NCBI RefSeq assembly: GCF_006345805.1
Contig: NC_043009.1
Coordinates: 57,350,001 to 57,414,000, forward strand
Length of the DNA stretch: 64,000 nucleotides
Origin: Octopus sinensis
Lineage: Eukaryota
Direction: 5' to 3'
The position numbers and the translations under genes were made by a program. Shown in pieces: positions 12,525 through 24,512 of the stretch. How positions within the stretch are numbered: the first letter of the stretch is position 1; every line of letters starts with the position of its first letter. Under the pieces are notes generated by a model, which had not been told where the DNA came from, made no database searches, and was given only the letters and a program-made list of their open reading frames with translations.

Positions 12525-13610
12525 GACGATGACGGCTGCGGCTCCGGCGGAAGCAATAACGATGGCGACGGTGGATGACAATCACGACCATGACGACCAT
12601 GAAGTCGGCGACGATGATCATGATCACCACAAGGATGACGATCACGAGGACGACGACGACTGTCGACGACGAATCCCGTGTGCGGACAACAACGGCGACA
12701 AGGACGGACGATGGCCACGACGACGACGGACGACGACGATGACGACGGACGACGACGACGACGGGCGACGACGACGACGTCGGGCGACGGAAGGCGACGA
12801 TGATCATGATCACTACAAGGATGACGATCACGAGGACGACGACGACTGTCGACGATGAATCACGTGTGCGGACAACAACGGCGACAAGGATGGATGATGG
12901 CCACGACGACGACGGACGACAACGACGACGACGGACGACGACGATGACGACGGACGACGACGACGACGGGCGACGACGACGACGTCGGGCGACGGAAGGC
13001 GACGATGATCATGATCACCACAACGACAACGTTCACGAGGACGACGACGGTCGACGACGAATCACGTGTACGGACAACAACGATGGACAATAACGACGGA
13101 CAATAGCCACGACGACGACGGACGACAACGACGACGACGACGACGGACGACGACGACGACGACGGGCGACGGAAGGCGACGATGATCATAATCACCACAA
13201 CGACGACGATCACGAGGACGACGACGGTCGACGACGAATCACGTGTACGGACAACAACGGCGACAACGATGGACGATAGCCACGACGACGACGGGCGACA
13301 ACGACGACGACGACGGACAACGACGACGACGACAACGACAACGACGGACGACGACGACGACGACGGACAACGGCGGAAGGCGACGACGATGATGAAGACG
13401 AGCAACGACGACGGTCGACAACGAATCACGTGTACGAACAACAACGGCGACAACAATAGACGATAGCCAGGACGACGATGGACAACGACGACGAGGGACG
13501 ACGACGACGACGGACGACGGAAGGCGACGATGATGATGATGATGACAAGCGACGACGACAACGACGGACCATGATTACTATGATGACTACGACAATGGAA
13601 GAAATATTTT
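12525..13610. repeat. GAC-rich composite tandem repeat, ~190-bp unit x5, with one dispersed copy at 11290-11490
   Basis: Marker GTCGAC..CGAATC.CGTGT at 12662, 12848, 13050, 13227, 13414 and 11352. Confidence 0.9.
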
Positions 13611-13795
13611 TCCAAATATAGATATTTGCAAATTTGCATTCATTAATGGATCTGAAAGATTTATCCAGCAGGAGTCTAAGTGGAATCTAATTTACGTTTG
13701 CCTCGCGAAAATTCATGGTGACTTCTTTGTATCCTCAAAAGACTTGATAACCGAATACCTTCCGGTTGTCTTGGCCAAGATCTTATAAATAGCCT

Positions 13796-14180
13796 AGTGG
13801 AGGCGCAATGGCCCAGTGGTTAGGGCAGCGGACTCGCGGTCGTAGGATCGCGCTTTCGATTCCCAGACCGGGCGTTGTGAGTGTTTATTGAGCGAAAACA
13901 CCTAAAGATCCACCAGGCTCCGGCAGGGATGGTGGTGATCCCTGCTGTACTCTTTCACCACAACTTTCCATCACTCTTACTTCCTGTTTCTGTTGTACCT
14001 GTATTTCAAAGGGCCGGCCTTGTCACTCTCTGTGTCACGCTGAATATCCCCGAGAACTACGTTAAGATGACACGTGTCTGTGGAGTGCTCAGCCACTTGC
14101 ACGTTAATTTCACGAGCAGGCTGTTCCGTTGATCAGATCAACCGGAACCCTCATCGTCGTAACCGACGGAGTGCTTCCAC
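13796..14180 (+). mobile_element. Group C SINE (tail type 1) with 11-bp TSD
   Basis: tRNA-like head TGGCCCAGTGG...GTTTCGATTCC. ATAAATAGCCT at 13785-13795 and 14181-14191. Confidence 0.92.
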
Positions 14181-14370
14181 ATAAATAGCCTGCCTAAACT
14201 TCAAGACCGAGGAAGAAACATGCAGACAAGTAGAAACTGTACGCAGAACTGCAAATTTCAGTACAGAGGTAGTGCAATACAAATATAGCAGCCAGGATTA
14301 AAGCGACCGATATTGAGTTTTGCCTTATCGTTTTTCTAAAGCAATATTTAGGGGTGATATGCATATAAAT

Positions 14371-14682
14371 GTGGAGGCTCAATGGCCCAGTGGTTAGGGC
14401 AGCAGACTCGCGGTTGTAGGATCGCGGTTGTAGGATCGCGGTTTCGATTCCCAGACCGGGCGTTGTGAGTGTTTATTGAGCGAAAAACACCTAAATCTCC
14501 ACGAGGCTCCGTGGGGGTGGTGGCGATCCCTGCTGTACTCTTTCGCCACAACTTTCTGTCACTCTTTCTTCTGTTGGCTTGCTCGCTTAGCCAAGCGGGG
14601 TGGCGTCATTTGAAGGCTAAAACAATGCGAAGCGCATTGTGACCAGCAATGTGCAGCAACATCTGGTCGGTGACGATGATGC
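14371..14682 (+). mobile_element. Group C SINE (tail type 2)
   Basis: Same head and body as 13796 with a 14-bp internal duplication. Different sequence after ...CAACTTTCTGTCACTCTT. Confidence 0.85.
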
Positions 14683-14772
14683 ATATAAGTAGCAACAAAT
14701 TTTCTGCGATGTAGAGAGGCCTAAGCATGGACTTGCATTCAACCTTCATTATGTCAGGACACTTTAATTTAA

Positions 14773-14981
14773 GGCGGCGAACGAGTAAAATCGTTAGCAC
14801 GCCGGACAAAGTTTTTACCAGTATTTAGTCCGTCTTTATGTTCTGAGTTCAAATTCCGCCGAGGTTGTCTTTGCCTTTTATCGTTTTGGGGGTCAATAAA
14901 ATAAGTACCAGTTGAGCACTGGGGTCGACTAGTTCCCCTTCCCTAAAATTTCGGGCCTTGTGCTTATAGTAGAAAGGATTA
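14773..14981 (+). mobile_element. Group E SINE (B head and body, short C-rich tail)
   Basis: B-type head. Tail CCCCTTCCCTAAAATTTCGGGCCTTGTG...AGAAAGGATT. Confidence 0.85.
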
Positions 14982-15380
14982 TGAGAGGACAATTTTGAGC
15001 TGACCCCTGTTGAGGCACTGAGTCCAAGACATACAACTGGCAATGCAAGGCAGAAAGCGCTGTGGTTATGCTCGTGAAAACAAAAGCTATTTAAAGGAAT
15101 TGTATTCAGCAAAGTTAGAAAGGGACAAAAAAATTGAACAAGGTTCAGAAGTTGCTTTTCAAAAGGCTCTGCCTTTTGAAGACTACAGATCCAAAAATAG
15201 TCGAAAAACTGAACAGTTCTCAATCTCTTTTTTAGTCCGGAAACACTGTTTTCCCAGTTCGAAAAGAGTGGAGTATGTCACTTTATGTTTGATTCCCCAA
15301 ACCAACAACCAGACATCCATTCTCCCCAACATATCAAGCAGCATCTCCACTACATCATCGAAAAGCGAACCACAACGGAA

Positions 15381-15599
15381 AATAATCCTCTTTAGAATAG
15401 GCACAAGGTCTGAAAATTTAGCGGGAGGGGTTAGACGATTACATCAACCCCAGTGATCAACCGGTACTTATTTTCTCGACTTTAAAATGATGAAAAGCAA
15501 AGTCGACCTCGGCAGAATTTGAATCAAAAACGTAAAGACGGATGAACTTTTGTTAAACATTTTGTCCGGCATGCTAATGGTTCTGCCAGCTCGTTGCCT
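15381..15599 (-). mobile_element. Group E SINE, diverged
   Basis: Reverse complement of the E consensus. Confidence 0.8.
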
Positions 15600-16014
15600 C
15601 AACCACAGTGGGAAATAAAAGAACCCATCGTTTTCTTCTTTTTTTTTTAACGATAACAAAGAAGATAAAATGAACAAGAATATCATAGGCGCAATAGAAA
15701 TGCGCCCAGGGAGGTGCATGGGGGTGTGGTGAAGGTCGCTTTTATTGGTGCAGCATTTTGGGGCCTGCTGTATAAACCTGTATAAGGGTGGTGGAGAGGG
15801 CGGCAAGCTCAAGAGATGTCTCGGGAGACTTACACTGTAGCTATGCCACTGTGCGGTGCTACGCAAGGCTTTGCCTCACCGAAGAGCGAGAAAAGTTCGG
15901 AATAATAAGAGATATCAGGACGACAGGTTCACTGTCATTTGAACGGCGAAACTGAATTGTATTGAAACATGGTAAAACAGGAGCATTCTGACGACCTACG
16001 GATATACATGCATA

Positions 16015-16102
16015 GACTATTTCCCTTAGTCATTGCACGGTGATCGCTATAAGCTTTAAGCTTATATAAAAATACCATTATTATTATTTACAGGATTGTA
16101 AA
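16015..16102. repeat. Unclassified ~90-bp dispersed repeat (second copy at 62111-62205)
   Basis: GTCATTGCACGGTGATCGC.ATAAGCTT...CCATTATTATTATT..ACAGGATTGTAAA at both loci. Confidence 0.75.
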
Positions 16103-17340
16103 CTGTTGTTAATTTTACACTGTGGGGTGACCATAGCTGGGAGCAATAATTCAGGCGGCTGAGCACGAATGTCCTCCAGAAGGCCACCATGGTTTCCTTC
16201 TCTCTGGTTATGAACGTTCTCAAGATCCATCCATCCATCCAGTCGTTTGCATTTTGTTGCCATCCTGGTAATGTGCACTTGGAAAGAGGTATCACAACTC
16301 ATGTCGATACCCAGGTCCCGCACTGATTTAGGCTCTGGTATTGTAATCCCATGTGGTCCGATGTACACTGTAAGTATTATATACAGTTTTGGACGCTAGT
16401 AACGAAGAGCTTGGAATTTTTCAGCATTAAACTACATGTTATTGTTCTCAGCCCATCTGTAAATTGAGTCCAACTCCTGCTGCAGGTGTGCAACATCGCT
16501 GGAGGTCTGTATTTTCTGCGAGACTTTCGTATCGTCTGCGTAGCTAACAAGAGTGGTTATTCAGGCTGCCGAGGGCATATCTGAGAGGGCCACTATGAAA
16601 AGCAGTGGTCCCAAGACAGTGCCCTGTGGAACACTACTCACTATTTGCGTTTCCCTTGAGGTGACACCATTGACCACCACTGTATGATTTCTATCTTTCA
16701 GAAAATCATGTAACCACACTCCAAGTTTTCCAGCTATGCCGAGATCACGCAGTTTGAGGCATATCCACTTTATTAAAAGCTTTTGCAAAGTGAAGGTATA
16801 TTACGTCCATATTTGAGTTGTTGAGTAACTGCTTCAACAGCCAGTCATAGTGCTGTAAGAGCTGGGTCAGGCAGCTCCTACCTGGTCGAAAGCAAGTGAA
16901 CGAACCAGTGGATCTTCCTTGGAATGTTGTTCCTTTTTGTGTTGGCCTTGTGCTCTGGGAGATTTTTCTGGCATATGGTTTACATAACAGACATAAAATA
17001 TTCTAGTTTTATGCCAATGTCTGGTGTGGAGAGACATTTCGGCCAGTCCTGTCTGAGGATATCTTTTCGGATCGATTTCTAGTCTGCTTTGTGGAAGTTC
17101 AGATTGGAGAGATTTTGGGTGCTTCCTTTAGGTTGTATATATCTGGCTACTTTTGGCTCATACACAGACAGCTCTATTATGTTGTGATCCGAAACTAATG
17201 TTGGCGTCACTTTCACATCATGAACGATGTCCATATTGTTTGTGAAGCAGAGATTGAGAATATTGTTCATCCTAGTTGGTCTAAGCACAACTTGCTCCAT
17301 GAATAGGGCATTGGTGAGGTTGAGCAGGGACTCCACCTGT
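16085..17340 (-). pseudogene. Decayed CR1-clade LINE ORF2 fragment (reverse transcriptase)
   Basis: SSVPQGTVLGPLLF (ORF 16561-16788) followed by SYADDTK and FNAEKFQAL. Frameshifts and stops throughout. Confidence 0.9.
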
Positions 17341-17671
17341 GCATACAGTCAACAGGTGAGATCTAGAGATGTTCAAGATAGAAAACACTTTGTGGTGCTC
17401 AAATGATTTGAACATAAACTCCGTAGTCTTTATCGAGGATGAGGCCAATAGGGTAATTAGTGACTATAAGAGAAATCCAGGTCAGCTGATATGGAGATAG
17501 TGATGCAAATAAATACGATTAGGCTTGATATATATAAATATACACACATATTCACACACACACACACATACATGCACGCGAACACGCAGACAGAGATATA
17601 GATAGATATAAAAACTAAAAATATTCAGAAGATAAACACATATATACAAGCATATAGATATTTATATATAT

Positions 17672-18046
17672 TGACAAATTTACTTTTACATGGAGAATAA
17701 CAAATACAGAAATCTAAGGGAAGAATGCACAGTTTTTTTAAACTCTACAGCTGTTTCTGGGAGCTCAGAATTACGTAATAGTTGGAATGTGTAAAATAGA
17801 TGGAATGTTCTAAAAGTCTTTGATATGCAATCAATAAATGGTTGCATAGAGACATAATCGTAGACCGACCTCCTTTGTCAGAAGTGGAAAATTAGCTGGT
17901 AATTTTGAACGTTATCTCTATTTCGTAATTTCGAGCTCTCAGAAACAGCTATCGACTTGAAAAAAAAACCCCCAAAACAAAAAAAACTATGCGTTCTCTC
18001 CTTAGTTTTTTCTATTTTTATGCTCCATGTAAAAGTAAATTTGTCA
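17672..18046. mobile_element. 375-bp fold-back element with perfect 24-bp terminal IR and imperfect ~115-bp arms
   Basis: TGACAAATTTACTTTTACATGGAG at 17672-17695 and its reverse complement at 18023-18046. Inner arms contain ACAGCTGTTTCTGGGAGCTC / GAGCTCTCAGAAACAGCT. Confidence 0.85.
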
Positions 18047-18204
18047 CTATAAAGGGTGCGCCAAAAGTTATGCACAAAATAAGTTCAATACACTCCAGAA
18101 TTGTCAAAGACATGCTTCGATATTTCTACAATTGAAGAAAATAATTAAAATAACGATAATTACATGGTTACTTGTACATGGCAAAGAAAATGAATAATAG
18201 TGAC

Positions 18205-18815
18205 GACTTCAAATTTTGGCACAAGGCCATCAATTGCAGAGAAAGGTGTAAGTCGGTTGCACCAACCCCAATGCGTAACTGGTACTTATTTTATCGATCC
18301 CGAAAGGATTGAAGGCAATATCCTCCTCGGCGGTATTTGAACTGAAAACGCAAAGACAGAAGAAGCATTTTGCTCGACTTGCTAATGGTTCTGCCAGCCC
18401 GTAGCCTTGAATACTATCACTATTAATAAACCTTTCTGCTAAAGTCGCAAGGCCTGAAATTTGTGGGGAGGGGCGCAGTCGATTACATCGATCCCAGTGT
18501 TTCACTGGTACTTAATTTATCGACTCCCGAAAGGACGACAGGCAAAAATCGACCTCGGCGGAATGCTTCTACTATTAATAATAGCACAATATACATTAGA
18601 AACAGGCAGCGAGCTGGTAGAAACGTTAGCACGCCGGGCGAAATGCTCAGCGGTATTTCGTCTGCCGCTACGTTCTGAGTTCAAATTCCGCCGAGGTATC
18701 AACTTTGTCTTTCATCCTTTCGGGGTCGATAAATTAAGTACCCGTTTCGTGCTGAGGTCGATCTAATCGACTGGCCCCCTTCCCCAAAATTTCAGGCCTC
18801 GTGCCTAGAGAAAAA
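18205..18815. mobile_element. Cluster of three E-type SINEs (minus, minus, plus)
   Basis: Fragments at ~18205-18405 (-), 18425-18564 (-) and 18604-18815 (+). Confidence 0.8.
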
Positions 18816-19122
18816 AAAAATATACATTAGAAATGTCAAATGTATTGGTGCATGACTTTTGGCTCACCTTGTATATAAATATCTATGTGCTTGTACACAT
18901 GTGTTTATCTTCTGAATATATTTAGTCTTTGTATCTATATTTATCCTAGTATATATCTCTGTGTGTGTATATATGTATGTATATTTATATATATCAAGCC
19001 CAATCGTGCTTATCTGAATCACTATAAATGTATATATATATATATATGTGTGTGTTAAATAAAATGAGACAACAAAGCCAAGGCTGTGTGGAATTTTCAG
19101 GACATTTATAAAGAGAATATTA

Positions 19123-19170
19123 GTCTTACAGCTGTTTCTGGGATATTAGGGATATCCCTTCATCAGAGAC
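19123..19170 (-). ncRNA. Minimal type-I hammerhead ribozyme (Penelope-like)
   Basis: Minus strand: GTCT-CTGATGA-A-GGGATAT(CCCTA)ATATCCC-A-GAAA-CAGCTG-TA|AGAC. Intact core, 4-bp stem I, 7-bp stem II, palindromic stem III. Confidence 0.75.
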
Positions 19171-19594
19171 GATGTGAGATGGTTAAATAGAGGAGAATAG
19201 CAGAGTTCAATATGAGGAGTTATTTTGGAAAAAGAAGCAAATAAGGAGTATATAGGGAAATGGGAGAATCATAAAGAAAAAATAAAATATATTATAAAAC
19301 ATATATGTATGACAAAAAGAAAATGGAGGGAATCCAGAGGTAGCGTTCATCAGTTGTTAGGCATACATTAGAATATGTTTATTTATTTATTTTAAACAGT
19401 TCAGAAAATATATGAATACTTGTGTAGAGTATTAGTAATTTCTAGAATAAGAGCAGTTTCTAACAGCTTTTTCTTTTTCTTTCCCTTTTTCTTTCTCTTT
19501 TTAAATATGCTCTAATAAGAATATTGTACTACACCTACTAATAACTAGTTCTGTTATAAGTATATACATGCATATATACATGCATATGTGCATG

Positions 19595-19626
<32 letters not shown>

Positions 19627-19873
19627 TGTATGTATGTATGTATGTATGTACGTATGTATGTATGTATGTATGTATGTATGTATGTATGGGTGTGTATGTA
19701 TATATGTAAATGTATATATATATACTTATGTATATATATATTTATATATGCATGAATAAGCCCTATGAACTTCTTGTACTATCTTATATAAACAAACAAC
19801 TCTCTGACGAAGCCTGTATATTTATATATGCTTAAATTAGCCCTATGAACTTCCTGGACTATCTTATGAACAC

Positions 19874-19995
19874 TCTCTGACGAAGCCTAGAGGCATACCC
19901 ATGTATCCTAATTTTATCAACAAATTTGCAATACACTGAAAAGATGGAATTAATATATGGGGTACTGTGACCTCTTGGCTGAAACAGCTGTAAGA
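19874..19995 (+). ncRNA. Type-I hammerhead-like motif with long stem II
   Basis: TCT-CTGACGA-AGCC..AGAGG..TACCCAT...ATGGGGTA..CCTCT..GGCT-GAAA-CAGCTG-TA|AGA. Stem I is only 3 bp. Confidence 0.6.
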
Positions 19996-20111
19996 AACTG
20001 CTCTTCTTTCTCTATTCTAGAAATTACTAATATTTTACACATGTATTCATATATTTTCTGAACTGTTTAAAATAAATAAATAGAATATTATAATGCCTAA
20101 CAACTGATGAA

Positions 20112-20802
20112 TACTTAATTTAGCAACCCCGAAAGGATGAAAGGCAAAGTCGACCTCGGCGGAATTTGAACTCAGAAGGCATTGCTGGACGAAATGCCTA
20201 TTTCTTTACTACCCACACAAGGAGCTAAACACAGAGGGAACAAACAAGGACAGACAAACGGATTAAGTCGATTATATCGACCCCAGTGCGTAACTGGTAT
20301 TTATTTAATTGACCCCGAAAGGATGAAAAACAAAGTCGACCTCGGCGGTATTTGAACTCAGAACGTAACGGCAGACGAAATACCTATTTCTTTACTACCC
20401 ACAAGGGGCTAAACACAGAGGGGATAAACAAGGACAGACAAACGGATTAAATCGATTACATCGACCTCAGTGCGTAACTGGTGCTTAATTTATCGACCCC
20501 GAAAGGATGAAAGGCAAAGTCGACCTCGGCGGAATTTGAACTCACAACGTAACGGCAGACGAAATACCTATTTCTTTATTACCCACAAGGGGCTAAACAC
20601 AGAGGGGACAAACACGGACAGACATAGGTATTAAGTCGATTACATCGACCCCAGTGCGCAACTGGTACTTAGTTTTATCGACCCCGAAAGGATGAAAGGC
20701 AAAGTCGACCTCGGCGGAATTTGAACTCACAACGTAACGGCAGACGAAATACCGCTAAGCATTTCGCCCGGCGTGCTAACGTTTCTGCCAGCTCACCGCC
20801 CT
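20112..20802 (-). mobile_element. Group B SINE tetramer (184-186-bp period)
   Basis: GAAATA/GCC junction motif at 20191, 20377, 20561 and 20746. Single head at 20800. Confidence 0.9.
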
Positions 20803-21406
20803 TATAGAAGAAAATAATAAAAGACAGTTCAACTCGATTCTAATATTTGCAGATGTAACTATGTTAACATTGCATCTTCGAGGAGATGAACAGTCAAGTC
20901 GACTCTAGTGGAATTTGAACCCAGAGTTCAGAAAGTAAAAGATTGTAACTAGATATCGGTCGGCTTTATGTCCGACACATGGCCATCACTGCTAACCTGC
21001 CAAGATTTGCGATAAATACTTGTGTATATATAAATATTCAAAAACAAGATAACACTATCAAAACACCATGACTTATTTACGTCATCAAATGGAAACTATT
21101 TTTAAGGTTATACCGTAGAGCTGACGTGTGTGTGTGTGTGTGTGTGTTTAGATTATAGTACACCACACTTTATGCGAAGTGCATTCCAGAAGTTTTCTGA
21201 GTTTTTTTTTTTAAGAAGATACAGTTATAAATGTCCTTGATCATTGTAATTTTAGTACATCACTACTTAAACATCTAATAAGCTGACCTGCCAACATTTG
21301 ATATTCCATACAGAAGGAGGCAGCTGTACCAGCGCTTTGAACACACCCTACAAAACACTGCTTGTCTCAGCTGTTTATTTTTTTTTTGGACAATGTTGTC
21401 GGGATA

Positions 21407-21803
21407 TCTTTATATATAAAAGAGAGGTTGTGTGCTGTCTGTCTCCTACGATTTAGATTCCTAACTACTCCCACATTTTGTGGTGCAGTTTAACCAAAAC
21501 CGGGTATCTTATAGTCGTGATTCATATCGAGCCCTTCTGGGTATTAGCGCGCGTCTACGATGAGTCTACGATTAAAAAAAAAATTTACCATCAATTTTTC
21601 ACATTTTTAATGCATTTTTGGCATATATAAGGGAAGTAACTCTCTAAAACTTTATTATTAAATCTCAGAACGTAAAAAGCTACAGTAACACCCCCCCCTT
21701 TGTGGTTAGCCATATTGAGATGGCTATTATACTTTACTTCTCTAAAAATGCTTATATAGTTATTTCCCTTACAAACCCGAGCAACGCCGGGCGATACTGC
21801 TAG
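21407..21803 (+). mobile_element. Non-autonomous Helitron
   Basis: A|TC start, CTAG|T end, subterminal hairpin CCCG-AGCAACGC-CGGG (21776-21791), no TSD. Confidence 0.85.
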
Positions 21804-21919
21804 TTTGGTAATAAAGTTTTGTGTTAATCTGGGCAAAAAGATAAAGAAGCATATGAAATGCTCCAGGCTGCTTATGAATGAAGTTTTCCGCTGGTACAAG
21901 AGGTTTAAGGACGGTAAGA

Positions 21920-22515
21920 GGCGGCGAGCTGGCAGAAACGTTTGCACGCCGGGCGAAATGCTTAGCGGTATTTCGTCTGCTCTTACGTTCTGAGTTCGAA
22001 TTCCGCCGAGGTCGACTTTGCCTTTCATCCTTTCGGGGTCGATTAAATAAGTACCAGTTACGCACTGGGGTCGATGTAATCGACTTAATCCATTTGTCTG
22101 TCCTTGTTTGTCCTCTCTGTGTTTAGCCCCTTGTGGGTAGTAAAGAAATAGGTATTTCGTCTGTCGTTACGTTGTGAGTTCAAATTCCGCCGAGGTCGTC
22201 TTTGCCTTTCATCCTTTCGGGGTCGATTAAATAAGTACCAGTTACGCACTGGGGTCGATGTAATCGACTTAATCCGTTTGTCTGTCCTTGTTTGTCCTCT
22301 CTGTGTTTAGCCCCTTGTGGGTAGTAAAGAAATAGGTATTTCGTCTGTCGTTACGTTGTGAGTTCAAATTCCGCCGAGGTCGTCTTTGCCTTTCATCCTT
22401 TCGGAATTGATAAATTAAGTACCAGTTACGCACTGGGTCGATATAATCGACTTAATCCGTTTGTCCTTGTTTGTCCCCTCTATGTTTAGCCCCTTGGGAG
22501 CAATAAAGAAATAAG
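21920..22515 (+). mobile_element. Group B SINE trimer (184-bp period)
   Basis: GTATTTCG at 21968, 22152 and 22336. Possible TSD TAAGAG. Confidence 0.9.
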
Positions 22516-23243
22516 AGACGATGAGGGTGCGGGAGTGATGGTTGAGAAAATTCGCAATTTTCTGGATATAGACCCTTATATATCTATAAAGACTCTGGTG
22601 CATACAGTTTAGAATTGGTGTGGTAACTGCACACTGAATTATCCATGAAGATCTGAGCATGTGCAAAATTTGTGCAAAGTTTGTTCTCAGGCTGGTCATC
22701 CTGGTAACCAATTACTTGACAATGACGGACATTAAAACTGTCCCGCACCTTCCTTCCAGTCCACGCCTTGCTCCCGGTAACTAAGAAGAACCTTAGGGAC
22801 AGTCGTTTTGAAGATATCGAGAAGATGAAGGAGGCTATGACAAGAGTTTGGACACCTTCAGTTTGGAGGATGTCGATGGGGCCGCCACCAAATGACTGGA
22901 ACGTTACATTGAAGTTTATCGAAAATTTTAAAATTTGGTACATGAATGTAGTTTCCCAAGCTTAGTTGCTGGAGTATATTTCACTTTTCCCAGAATTAAA
23001 AAAAAAAAAAGAAATGTTAGAGGTTTAAATTTTGATCATTTTCGCCCAGTCACGAAACAGGATTTGGAAGCTGTCATTTTGTGCGTGACTGCAAATTTTG
23101 TCAATATCCTGAAAATAACATGTGTTGTCAATATTTGAATTCTACACACGGAAAACGAGTAGACAACACGTCTTTTGTAGTTTTAGGCATTCAATATGCA
23201 TTTAATGCGATAAACAGCACACTACAGATTAAGTATTTCTCTT

Positions 23244-23400
23244 GGAGTGGCTTTGTGATAAGAAGTCTGCTTACCAGCCACATGGTTCCGGGTTCGGTCC
23301 CACTGCGTGGCACCTTGGGCAAGTGAGTTCTACTATAGCCTCGGGCCGACCAAAGCTTTGTGAGTGGATTTGGTAGACGGAAAATGAAAGAAGCCCGTCG

Positions 23401-23431
<31 letters not shown>

Positions 23432-23644
23432 TTGTGTGTCTGAGTTTGTCCCCCCAACATCGCTTGACAACCGATGCTGGTGTATTTACGTCCCCGTAAC
23501 TTAGCGGTTCGGCAAAAGAGACCGATAGAATAAGTACTGGGCTTACAAAGAATAAAGTCTTGGGGTCGATTTACTCGACTAAGGGCGGTGCTCCAGCACG
23601 GCCACAGCCAAATGACTGAAACAAGTAAAAGAGTAAAGTAAGAG
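23244..23644 (+). mobile_element. Group A SINE, full length
   Basis: Aligns to the A consensus. Confidence 0.9.
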
Positions 23645-23789
23645 ACTTATAGCACAATTCTAAAAGATTATCTAAAAGAAAACACACATTACAATATAGA
23701 TATTAAAAAAAAGCAACATTTTGTTGGCCAGTTCATTGAAAACGAAACATTCAATCTTCATATCTCCCGCGCCACATAAATTCACAGAG

Positions 23790-24330
23790 ATATGAATCTA
23801 CCATAGAACGGTGAGTGCCACAGCGTCATTTATTACCTAGCTTTACAGAGGCTCATGTATTCTCCACTTGTTGAGTGTGGGTGCCATCTTTCAAGTTAAC
23901 AAACCCAACTCTATGGTTCACCGTTCTATGCTCAAAATTCTAACCATCCCTTTCAGGAATGTAAGAGTACGCCGTTCGCAAATCGCTGCAAATTGTGGTT
24001 CCTGGAAGAATCGAGTGACGTATGCATTCTTCTAGTGTGTCACGATTGCTACATGGCGCCGCACAAAGTAAAACCGGTCTGGTCTCGCGACACACATCTC
24101 CGAAAACCCACTGCTCAGGTAAGACCCTTCTTCGGTTGTATTTACGTATTGAGAAGACTGTTTCATCGATTTCAACAGTCTTCCCAGGACCACTAACTTT
24201 AATTGGATGACGAAGCAGGTCCTCCACAAATACGTCCCTAACATGGCTGTTATAAGCAACAGTTGTGCAATGGTTCACAAAACCGGACTGAAGTTAATTC
24301 TTGAACTCCAAACAGATCGGTAAAATTTAC
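23790..24330 (-). pseudogene. Merlin (IS1595/ISXO2-like) transposase remnant
   Basis: GPGKTVEIDETVF.IRKYNR.R...QWVFG...RET...ILPGTTICSD...Y, then after a frameshift HRTVNHRVGFVN...GTHTQQVENT*. Confidence 0.85.
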
Positions 24331-24512
24331 AGCTGAGTAAAACAGTAGAACACAGCGTCAACAAGTGGTTTCAATATATTTGTCAATACGTGCTTTCTCG
24401 CAGACAGAAGAGTTCTCATGTTCGGCTCGTAACTATGGAAACAGGCATGAATGTGTCTGTGGCTTACGATTGGCTAAAATAACCCAAAAGTTTCAAACTT
24501 TAATAGCTAATA

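Larger units (their letters stand above)
21170..22975 (+). pseudogene. Internally deleted mariner element split by a Helitron (21407-21803) and a B SINE trimer (21920-22515)
   Basis: VIKFCVNLGK...VFRWYKRFKDG (HTH region), IIHEDLSMCKICAKFV, and VPHLPSSPRLAP (cf. HPPYSPDLAP). Confidence 0.75.

Noticed and set aside
15043-15456. 137-aa ORF between two convergent SINEs
   Set aside because: Upstream in-frame stop, 3' end runs into a SINE, and no recognisable motif or good splice sites. It may be a TE fragment but I cannot support a call.
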